Source: an uncultured Planctomycetaceae bacterium
Lineage (GTDB): Bacteria > Planctomycetota > Planctomycetia > Pirellulales > PALSA-1355
DNA: 64,000 nt
Direction: 5' to 3'
Assembly (NCBI GenBank): GCA_963785305.1
Contig: CAWAUV010000007.1
Span: forward strand, 1,536,001 to 1,600,000
Positions 48,092 through 57,156 of this stretch are shown here, in pieces. The translations under genes were made by a program, and so were the position numbers. Position 1 is the first letter of the stretch, and every line of letters begins with the position of its first letter. The notes beneath the pieces were generated by a model, which searched no databases, was not told the origin of the DNA, and worked only from the letters and a program-made list of their open reading frames with translations.

Positions 48092-48775
48092 ATGCGTTTC
48101 ATTATTCGGGTCTCGGTAATCGTGTGGTTGTTTTTGGCATCGCAGTTTTCTTCTGGAGATACTCCGAAAATGAAATGGACCCCAAAACATCAGGATATTT
48201 ACTGGCAAAGCTACGCTATCGACGTTGCGAGTGCCCTTGGCTGTTATGCCACTTTTGAAACACTTAATGATTTGCCGCGCAACGGTTCGCGATTCGAAAA
48301 CGTCGAGATTAAAGACGACGAAGAAATCAAGACTGCGAAAGAGCTTACGTCCAAGCTTGAGCATGCATGTCCGGGCTTATCAGTCGCAGCAAACAAAAGA
48401 AACGCTAAGATATTGCACATTATCGACACAAAGCTTTCGACGATTAAAGACTACTCGCTCGAACAGCGCATAGATGTCAAATACGAAGGAATTGCATCGG
48501 AGTTGGCCTTCACGATCCGAACCCGTCTCCCTGGTTTTGGACCTATGGACTTCGGCGTCCTCGGAACAGAGTTTGACGATAATGTGACACTCGTGCATAT
48601 TGATGCGACGAGAGAGACAGTGAGAGATATCTTAACAAACTGTATTCCACTGCAAAAATACGGCGCTGCGTTGTGGCGCGCCCAGACATTTCTCGATGGC
48701 GAGAATCCTCTAAGAACCAAGGTCCAGTTCTACGGGCCGGTGAATCCGAGTTCGGCGGAGCCAATGCCAAAGTAG
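48092..48775 (+). CDS. Signal-peptide partner (immunity-like) protein A2
   Basis: Shares MKW-P, DVA..GC, PGL, KILH, KDY, KYEG-ASEL, FDD, DAT..VRDI-TN, WRA-T, QF-G with A1. Confidence 0.82.
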   Translation: MRFIIRVSVIVWLFLASQFSSGDTPKMKWTPKHQDIYWQSYAIDVASALGCYATFETLNDLPRNGSRFENVEIKDDEEIKTAKELTSKLEHACPGLSVAANKRNAKILHIIDTKLSTIKDYSLEQRIDVKYEGIASELAFTIRTRLPGFGPMDFGVLGTEFDDNVTLVHIDATRETVRDILTNCIPLQKYGAALWRAQTFLDGENPLRTKVQFYGPVNPSSAEPMPK

Positions 48776-48891
48776 GTGCGATGTCGCGAACGAACACTAT
48801 AGGAAGTGTCTTGCGCTCGTATCGGCGCACTGCGCAGGCAAACTCGTGGAGGGCTTCGCATCCGATTACCGGTTTTTCAAGAGCTGCCTAG

Positions 48892-49123
48892 CAGCCTGTT
48901 TAGATATTCGCTTCTCCCGCGCGGCCATTAAACTCGCGGCGGCGGAGCTTTGATGGAACGACCGGGGTTCAGCAGTGGACACGCATGGCGATGGGCAAAC
49001 GTAAGCAGCGGCAGGAGTCGTTGTTTCATCGCGGATGACAACTTGCCGCGTTCCGACGGCCATCCATTTTATCAAAAACTCAACGCCCTGCTGGCCGAGG
49101 CCGACTTCGATCGCTGGATCGAG
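48892..49123 (+). mobile_element. Left-end stub of an IS1182/IS5-like element
   Basis: CTAG-CAGCCTGTT end, then MAMGKRKQRQESLF..LPRSDGHPFYQKLNALLAEADFDRWIE (DUF772-type transposase N-terminus), truncated. Confidence 0.72.
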
Positions 49124-49303
49124 GATCACGACAGGAGCCGACGATGAGCAGTTCCCGGTCCGCGAAAAACGGTGCGGTCTGCTGCCTTTCGTAAAAACCG
49201 TGCAAACGGCGAAAGAGGGTCAGTTGACAATCACGATCAGCAACAGTCGCGACACACCGCTCGGCGTTTACGAAAGCGGGTACGCCCCCAGTTGCCGCGT
49301 TTC

Positions 49304-49730
49304 GATTCTGCACGATCCGGCGGCGGTCGTGGCGCATCGCTTCCAATCGAAGTTCGAGAGCTACACGGCCCCGGGCGAAAACCTGCTCGCCAACCAACTG
49401 CGTCTGGCCCGCAAGAATTTCACGCATTCGGTGTGGGCCGACTGGGTCGAGCAGTGCCGGGCCCGCTCGGCCGGCTCGCTCGAGGACCATCCCGAGGGCC
49501 TTTGGGCACGGGCCTGGACGCTCTTTGAAGCCGACCGCCCGAGCGTCGAAGCCGACCGGGCGATGGTGCAAATGAACCGAGTTCGCGACGAATTTTGGTA
49601 CGCGAACCGGTTCGGCTTGGCTTGGCCGGCCCTGGCGACGCATGTCTCGCCCAGCGGCCGACCGCAAAGGCCGCGGCCGGGCTCGACGGTCGTGCTCGCC
49701 ACACGCCCTCGCCCAGCCCAAGCCCGCCGC
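49304..49730 (+). repeat. Direct repeat of 44942-45371 (GT2 3' end plus linker)
   Basis: 49304-49667 reads identical to 44942-45305; a few substitutions and one indel in the last ~65 bp. Confidence 0.95.
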
Positions 49731-50728
49731 CACCACCCGATTGTAACGATTGCTCGATCCGCTGGGCTACAGGGTCGGACATCACGAATATCACTAGGAA
49801 CGTGCTTCCGGGCGCGCAGATTAACCTTAAGCTTTTTTGCGAGGCGGGCACGCCAACGAATATCCAATGGTCGTTGCCCGGAAGCGTATTCAAGAGCTAC
49901 GACGTCACCGAGAATAAGGCAACGCTGACAAATCTATCCGCCGGAGATCTGACGAAAGATACCGTTCAGTTTTATTGGGGCGACGTTGGGGACGGCCGAG
50001 CAGTGACCGTCGATTTCAAACTTGGCGCCAAGCAGTGCACAAGATCGGCGACGCTCAACGTCAAGGATCCGGTCGTTCGCTTTCCAGCGGGATCCAATCC
50101 GCCGCGAGTCGGTGTCTGGGACTTCAACCCGTCAAAGCCGGCGAAACCACTCGAGATATGGCTTACTGATGCCAACGGCGCGAACACGCCCGGCGCCATT
50201 TTTGCGGCGTCGGTCGGGCTGCCTGCGGGTTTTGATTTTAATGCCGCGGAATGGCAATTTGGTCAGTTGATTGGCGGCTCGCGTCTAGCTGAGTTGCCGA
50301 ACAATGTGTGCAAAGAAATGAACACAGGCGGCATGCTCACAAACAACGCGCCCTGGCCATACACCTCCGACTCCAGCCCAGGCACGCCGCCATATCCGGC
50401 TGACGGGAAGACCGAACAATCCGTTGGCGATACGCCGGCGTTTGGTGTCGCCGGCAGGACACAATCCATAGTCGGCGATTTCTATAAAATGTACATCATG
50501 TTTAAGCCCGCTCCCGACCCGCCGGGCGCCGAGGCCAGTGCGTGGGTTTCGCTGATGAGCGCTTCGTGGAGTTCCTCCGCGTGTGCCCAACTTGGCGCGG
50601 CGGGTTGGGCGATCAGAAACCCCTTGGCGAACGCAAATCCGTGGGCGATTGACAGGACGCCGCCGACATGGTCGCAAAAATGGCAGTCAACTCCCGTCAA
50701 GGTGGTAAATTGTCCCGGAAATTGCTAA
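49304..50728 (+). pseudogene. Orphan cassette: GT2 3' repeat, PSPSPSPPPPP linker and C-terminal domain class B
   Basis: No GT 5' half; after the linker, DCNDCSIRW..FYKMYIMFKP..WVSL..PPTW..CPGNC* is open and unrelated to class A. Confidence 0.85.
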
Positions 50729-50778
50729 GGGCAAACCGCCTTCCGAGTTATTTCGAGGACTATAACGTAAGGTGGATT

Positions 50779-51333
50779 ATGTGTTCTTCGGCAAATATGC
50801 GTCAGTTTTCCGAGTTGATTCTTTTAGTCTGCGTCTCGATTTCGGCAAATGATATTCGACCGGCATTTTGCGAGACAACGGGAGAGCACAAGATGAACAC
50901 GGAAAAAGCAACAAGGGACGGAGCAACGGTTGTCATTTCCGTTCCGGACAAATGCCGGGTCGGGCAAAAGATACCGCTTTCCATCACGATACGAAACGAC
51001 GACGAACATGCGTTTTCATGCAACGAACTGGCGGGAAGGCTCCCGAACAAGTACATGACGATTGCGCTGCGACGTCGTGGCGATAACAGCGCGTGCGAGA
51101 TGACCGCGGAAGCGAGAGAGCTTTTTGAGAGTATCCCATGGGGCGGGCAGTTCGCGCGGACACGCTTGGAAAAGGGCAAGCAGAAAACGTGGACGATCGA
51201 TTTGAACTCTTTTTTCGTCATTGCGCCCGGAGAAATGAGTTTTTCCGCAACGTTCAAGCTTTACACGGACGCTCCCGGCGGACACGCCGTCGAAATCGCT
51301 ATCGATGAGCTCCCAGTCAACGTTTCAGAGTGA
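50779..51333 (+). CDS. Partner (immunity-like) protein B, possible signal peptide
   Basis: Directly follows the class B C-terminus; ILLVCVSISA segment; beta-rich; low GC; unrelated to A1/A2. Confidence 0.7.
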   Translation: MCSSANMRQFSELILLVCVSISANDIRPAFCETTGEHKMNTEKATRDGATVVISVPDKCRVGQKIPLSITIRNDDEHAFSCNELAGRLPNKYMTIALRRRGDNSACEMTAEARELFESIPWGGQFARTRLEKGKQKTWTIDLNSFFVIAPGEMSFSATFKLYTDAPGGHAVEIAIDELPVNVSE

Positions 51334-51381
51334 CCGATCATTCGGTTCGCCCCCGCGCATCGCGCGAATCCAAATGTTCGA

Positions 51382-52920
51382 GTAACTGTTAAGCCGTGGC
51401 GTGGCCTGGGCGCGGGGGGGGCGGTGGCGATATTGGCGGGGATCGCGGGCGAGGGGTTTCCGGGGATGGGTCGCGTGGCGGATGTTTTAACTGCTATTGG
51501 TGATCGGCAGCGGCAGGGTCTTGCCTTGCAATTTAGCGCGCACGACTTCGATTCCATACCTTGCGAAGCTCAAACCGTTTTTCGCGCCGGTCGCGATCAC
51601 GCTCTTGATTCGGGCGAACGCCGCCGCGCTCCATTCGGTCCGATGCGTGCCGCCATCATTCCTCGCCGCCGCCAGGCTTCGGATGTCGCGTTCGGTTCCG
51701 TTGTTGTCGGCCGGAACATTCGCATCGTCGAGGAAGGTGAACAATTCGTCGCAGTGCTTGAACAGCCGGCGCCAGATTCGCAAACATTCGCGATGCCGCA
51801 CGCGCAGTCTCGAGCATCAACGTGTCGAAACGGTTTTGAATCTCGTGTCGGGCCGCGTTGAAAGCTTTTTTGCCGAGCGACTTGCGCTCGTGGCCCAACC
51901 GGATCGCGTCTTGAAACAGCGTGATCAACGGCTGGATGAAGGCCCGCGCACTCGCCGCCGGCAACGTCTCGCGCAGCTTGTGCAACTCGCGAAGCAAATG
52001 GACCAAGCAGCGCTGTTTGCGGCAGTCGAGCCGGTTGTAGACCGCATAAAAATCGCTGACCAGCGTGCCCGCGAACGATGTGCCCAACGCTCGCTCGAGC
52101 ACGGCCCGATTGCGATGACGATCGATCAGGAACAATGCCAAGCGCGGGTCGCGAAAACACCAGGCCCACGCGGGCAGTCCGTCGATCCGCCAACCGGTCT
52201 CATCGCCTTGCACGACCGGCGAATTGCGCAAGAGTTCCCAGAGTTTGTCGACCACCGGCTCGAACAAAGCGCCGCCCCAACGCAAATGGCCGAGCAATCC
52301 GGCCCGGCTGGCCGAAAGACCAAAGAAGTCTTTCAGCAAGTGTTGCGTTTTGCCGAGCGAGATGCCCAGGTGAACCCGCGCGTAGCAGACCAACAAGCGC
52401 AGCGCGTGGCCCGATGTGGGCGCCGGGCAGTTCCAAGTCGCCGCGTCCTTGGCAGGTGGCTTGGCAATGTTCGCAACGGTAGGTATGACGGCGATACCGA
52501 TGCCATTCGAGCTTGGGCTCTGGAATCTCCGCCATCTCATGGTCTTCGAACTCGCCGTGGCGGTCAGATCGTGGCCGCCGCAATGCGGACACTCTCGCGG
52601 ATGCACATCGTGTTCGATGAATACCGTGCCGGGCGGCGGCTCTGGACGAAAGCTGCCCGGATGTTTGCGAAACTGCTTGCGGCGGCGATCCTGTTCGCCA
52701 CGCCGCGCATCGCTGGCCGAGCGGGTTTTCTTGCGCCGCTGCAAAAACTTTTGGACTTGCTGTTCGAGTTGCTCGACGCGCTTGCGCAGCGTGATATTCT
52801 CCGCCAGCAACCGGGCGATTTCCGCTTCCAACTCGGCGATCCGTCGATCTCGATCATCCATGATCCAATCAATGTGACCGAAAACCCAATTTCGGGAAAG
52901 AGGAAATGCTTAACAGTTAC
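51382..52920 (-). mobile_element. IS66 family single-ORF (ISBst12-like) element, full length (1539 bp)
   Basis: Same TIRs as 6349-7457; coiled-coil, CPHCG zinc finger and DDE motifs; no TSD seen. Confidence 0.93.
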
Positions 52921-53917
52921 CATAGTAGCGATACCGCTTGTTGCCGTTCTTGGTTGAGTGCGTGGGAGACATGCCGCAGCCGCACGGAACGCAGTGCAGA
53001 AGGCCCTTGAGCAGCGCACGAACTTGTTCCGCGCCGCCCGTGCGACCGTTGCGACCCAGCAGCGACTGCACCCGCTGCCAGATGTCGGCGTTCACTACGG
53101 CCGCGTGTTCGCCGTTGTGGACCTCGTCCTTGTATTTGATTTTGCCGGCATAGGCGACGTTGGTGAGCAGTTTGTACAGGCTGGTTTTGGTGAACTGTTT
53201 GCCGCCCCGATCGTGCCCCTTGCGGGTCGTCCAGCGCTTGTTGACCCAGCCCCGCCGGTCGATTTCCTTGACCGTCGTGATCATCGACTGGTGCTCCAGG
53301 TACAACTCGAAGATGGCCCGCACGCGAGCCGCTTCGTCTTCGTTGACCAGGAGTTTCGACCCCTGCGTGTCCACGTCGTATCCGAGCAGCGGCATTCCGC
53401 CCGACCATTTTCCCTTGCGGCGGGCGGCGGCGATTTTGTCCCGCGCCCGTTCGGAGATGATCTCGCGCTCGAATTGGGCGAAGGAAAGCAGGACGTTGAG
53501 CATCAGCCGACCCAACGATGTGGCGGTGTTGATGAGCTGCGTCACGCTGACGAACGATATCTGATGCCGGTCGAAGGTTTCCACGATCTTGGCGAAGTCG
53601 AGTAGCGAACGGCTGAGCCGGTCCACCTTGTACACGATGACGCTGTCGATCTTGCCGGCCTCGATATCCGCCATAAGGCGTTTGAGCGCCGGCCGGTCCA
53701 TGTTGCCGCCGGTGAAACCACCGTCGTCGTACCTGTCTGGCAGACACCGCCAGCCTTCGTGCTCTTGGCTCTTGATATACGCCTCGCCCGATTCCCGTTG
53801 GGCGTCGAGCGAATTGAATTCCTTTTCGAGGCCCTCGTCGGTCGACTTGCGAGTGTAGATCGCGCAGCGAATCTGCGGGGACGCCGCCGGTTGGTTCCGA
53901 GTCTTGGCCTTGCTCAT
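52921..53917 (-). pseudogene. Large serine recombinase, 3'-truncated by IS66
   Basis: CAIYTRKST (catalytic Ser), DRPAL, KVDRLSRS, FAQFERE, GGMPLLGY, start of zinc ribbon CVPCG..YRYY. Confidence 0.9.
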
Positions 53918-54415
53918 TTGGGGCTCCCTTGCCCGCCGAGGCGGAAGAAGTAATAGCCGTTGCAGTGGGCGCCGGTGATCTTCTTGGCCACGGCGCTGAG
54001 CGACTTGTAGACCTGGCCCTCGAACTCGAATCCCTTGGGCAGGACACGGACTTCCAGCGTTTGGTCCTTGTACCGCCGGGTGATGACCGCGCCCGGCATG
54101 GGTAGGCGATCATCGCCAGCCACGGCGAGCGTCGTCGTTGCGACGCGCTGCGCGGGCGCCGACGGCGCGGACGGTTGCCTTGGGGGCGGAGGAACGCAGG
54201 TCCGCGTCGTTAGCCAGTTCGGAGGCCCGCTGGCGGGCGCGGTCCGACAGGTCGCCTTCGGCCTGCGCCTGTATTCGCCAGATGATCCGGCACACGAGCC
54301 ACTGCTTATGGCGGGCGTTCGTTGCTTCGCCGAACACTTCGGCGTGCTTGGCCCGCAGTTCGCTCACGCTCATCCGCTGGAGCGCGGCGAGCTCCTTGCC
54401 CACGTTCAGTTCCAT
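53914..54415 (-). CDS. DUF2924 protein (frameshifted)
   Basis: LQRMSVSELR..IWRIQAQAEGDLS; PGAVITRRYK..YKSLSAVAKKITGAHCNGYYFF. Confidence 0.85.
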
Positions 54416-54448
54416 GCGTCTCTCCTTGGTTTGAGTTCTCGAAAACCG

Positions 54449-54652
54449 TTAACCCAGGTGGACACTGAGCACGGTTTTGGCGGGAACCTCAAGGCATGTC
54501 GGCCAGGATTCCGGCGAGATTTCCGGGGCGGGATCGGCGGCGGGAAGCGACGAACTGGCACGCAAGCGGAGAACGCCGGCCGCGAAAATGCCGGCCACTT
54601 CGGAGAGACGCTCGTCGGGCGTCAGGAAGGTCGGATCGTCGATCGGTCGCAT
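54449..54652 (-). CDS. Small hypothetical protein upstream of the DUF2924-recombinase module
   Basis: MRPIDDPTFLTPDERLSEVAGIFAAGVLRL..LSVHLG; position in the module. Confidence 0.6.
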   Translation of the reverse strand: MRPIDDPTFLTPDERLSEVAGIFAAGVLRLRASSSLPAADPAPEISPESWPTCLEVPAKTVLSVHLG

Positions 54653-55375
54653 GGGGCGGCTCGCTTTCTGCAAAATTGCAGTGGAGTGGCCCACAGCGAC
54701 CTTCGCTTGGCGACGGGCGCGCTGTCTGGCGGGAGCATTCGGCATCGCGAGCAGTGCGCGATGCCTCTCTCTGTTAACCTACCCGGCGCGAGTTCGAGAT
54801 GACGAAACGAGGGTCCGAAAGGGAACGGCTTGTTAACTCTGAGAGGGTTGTTAACCAGAGATTTGGAGAGTTTTGGATCGAGATTCGAGGGTCCGAAAGG
54901 AACCTTGGGGGTTCCCTTCGGACCCCGATTGATCTCTCTCGAAACGGAGATCGCCGGGAGCGGCGGCGGGGTCGTCGCAAATCCTTGCGGCGAAAGGCCC
55001 GAAACGCCAAACGCCCGGCGGCCGATCGCTCGGAGCCGGGCGTTAACCGGTTGGGCGCGTCTGTACGCGGAAATTCAAAAAGCTCCCCGGTAGGAACCCT
55101 GCTCGAAACGAGGCGCACCACCACGGAGTTACACAAGCAGCACCTCGTCCGCCAGAATCTGCCGACTCGCCGTGATGAAATCATGCAGCGCAATCATGAC
55201 GCCCCCTCGCTCGTCGGTTTGCGGGCGACTCCAGCCGCGATCTCAATTCGCTTATCGCCCGCACTCGATCACTACTTCTCAGTTCTCGCGGTGAGTTCTC
55301 CGGCCACTTTCGCATAAACGGGCCGATCCGAACATCTGGCGGTTGGATGTCGAGCGACTTGAAATCGGCCATCCT

Positions 55376-56572
55376 TCATTGCCTCGACGCACCCGCGAGG
55401 CGTTCTAAATCATCCGCCAGTTCTCGCAAGGTGGCGGCGGAGTCGTGGGTGGCGTACTTCTCGGCGAAGCCCCGGGCGGCTTCGCCATATGTGGGCGACG
55501 CGAGCACTTGTCGCAGTTTCGTTTCCACGGCCGTTGGGTTGCCTGGGTCGGCGAGGTCCGCAAAACCTTCCTGACGCGCTCGGCGAGCTTGCATGAGCTG
55601 TTCCCAGTAGAGCGGTAGCAGGAAGGAGGGCTTGCCGGCGAGCAGCATCGCGGCGAGCGTTCCGTGCCCGCCGTTAAGAATCGCCAAGTCGCACTCGGCC
55701 GCGGCTTGGCAAATGTCGAGCGGCTCGCGATGGAAATGCAAGTTCACGGTAGCATGACGCCGCTCGAGCGCGGGATCGAAGCGATCGAGATAAGCCACCG
55801 TCGGAAAGCGCCATGTGGCCAAGCATTGCAGCAGGGCCCCGAGCGCGGGAAATGGCTTCAGGTAAACGAAAATCCGCTTGCCATCGCCGGGCGGCCAGCG
55901 AAACGGCTTGCCGAACGCGTCGGGCTGACATCCATAATAGCGAATCTCCGATCGCGGCCCGAAATGGTCGAGCTCCGGGTACGTGCAAAGTAGCGTGGCA
56001 TCGACCTGACGATAAAGATCGGCAAGGCTTTCCAGTGGCGGCTGGCCACGGGCCAAGAGTAATTGGCGCGCATTTCCGAGGGCCCTTCCGTCGGCGGCGG
56101 GGTCCGGCGGATTGGCCGACGCCTGGGCACGCAGGCGAGGCAAATCCGGCTCGGTCGTTGGACACGAAAACCCGACCCCGATCACGACGCGGCGAAACTC
56201 ATGCTCTCGGGCCGCGAGCAGCGCCATGGGGCTATGTTCGAAGAGCACGACGTCCGGTTTTGTCGCTTGAAAGATCGATCGCCAAGCCGCGGCGCCGATC
56301 GAAAGCCGCTCGTAGTCGCCGAAACCGACGTTCGCCAGCATCTGCCCAAACGTCTCGGGCTTGTCCATTCCCGGCGCCTGCCGCGGCAATGAAAAGGGCG
56401 CCTGCCAATACGACACGTCGACATCGCCGAACACCCGGCCAGCATGCGTCAGATCTCGCAGGGCCAAGTCGACCCGATGCCCGCGACGAACGAGCTCGCC
56501 GACGATCGGCTTGAGGCCGCCGAGGTGCCCCAGTCCGCCGCCCAGTTCCCAAGTCACGAGGAATTTCGCCAT
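55376..56572 (-). CDS. GT-B fold glycosyltransferase (GT1/GT28-like)
   Basis: WELGGGLGHL, RRGHRV, CDLAILNGGHGT, GKPSFLLP..EQ. Confidence 0.85.
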   Translation of the reverse strand: MAKFLVTWELGGGLGHLGGLKPIVGELVRRGHRVDLALRDLTHAGRVFGDVDVSYWQAPFSLPRQAPGMDKPETFGQMLANVGFGDYERLSIGAAAWRSIFQATKPDVVLFEHSPMALLAAREHEFRRVVIGVGFSCPTTEPDLPRLRAQASANPPDPAADGRALGNARQLLLARGQPPLESLADLYRQVDATLLCTYPELDHFGPRSEIRYYGCQPDAFGKPFRWPPGDGKRIFVYLKPFPALGALLQCLATWRFPTVAYLDRFDPALERRHATVNLHFHREPLDICQAAAECDLAILNGGHGTLAAMLLAGKPSFLLPLYWEQLMQARRARQEGFADLADPGNPTAVETKLRQVLASPTYGEAARGFAEKYATHDSAATLRELADDLERLAGASRQ

Positions 56573-57156
56573 CGGCGTTCACGGCAACGAAGGGGAAAAA
56601 GGCGGCGGAGAGAGTTCTCGCGGCATTGTTCTCAGCGTTCTCCGCGACGGTCACCAATCATCGCAGCCAAATTCTTGTTCACAAGCCTCGACCAAATATT
56701 CGGAAGCGGAATGAGCCTGCGGCATGACGTCGCTCGGTATCCCGGTCGACGGCGGATGCAATTCGCCGCGAAATAGGCCAGCTTTCAGTGAGGCAGCGCG
56801 CGAAAGAGCCAACGACGGAGCATTGTCCGCACTATACGCCTAATCGCCCTAAAAAAATATTTTGTTGCTGCGCAAGCTCTTTTGCCAGAATTAGTTATGC
56901 GGATTAACACCCCCCGATTGGAAAGGCGTGGAAGATTGCATTCCTTAACTGGGGATTCTAAATTCTCCGCTCCAGCGGGGTAGACCGGCGCATTCACGCA
57001 CTGCCCCTCCACGGATGGCGCTCTCTTTTTATCAACCCGTTTTGCTTCGCCTGGTAATGACGAAAATGCCGCGGCGTCGGCGCGGTAGCGCTGTGCCTTT
57101 GGCGTTTCCGGGGTCTTTTCGAACTCACGAGCCATCTCTTCGCAGGGAGACGTTCG

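Noticed and set aside
44942..49730. The 430-bp repeat as a diversity-generating retroelement TR/VR pair
   Set aside because: No reverse transcriptase in the window and no adenine-specific mismatch pattern; most of the repeat is identical.
6349..52920. The two IS66 copies as a 46-kb composite transposon
   Set aside because: Outer flanks show no 8-bp duplication, the copies differ by SNPs and a deletion, and the interval holds core genes.
55082..55107. A functional tRNA gene
   Set aside because: Only a short interrupted 3'-like fragment is present, with no cloverleaf.
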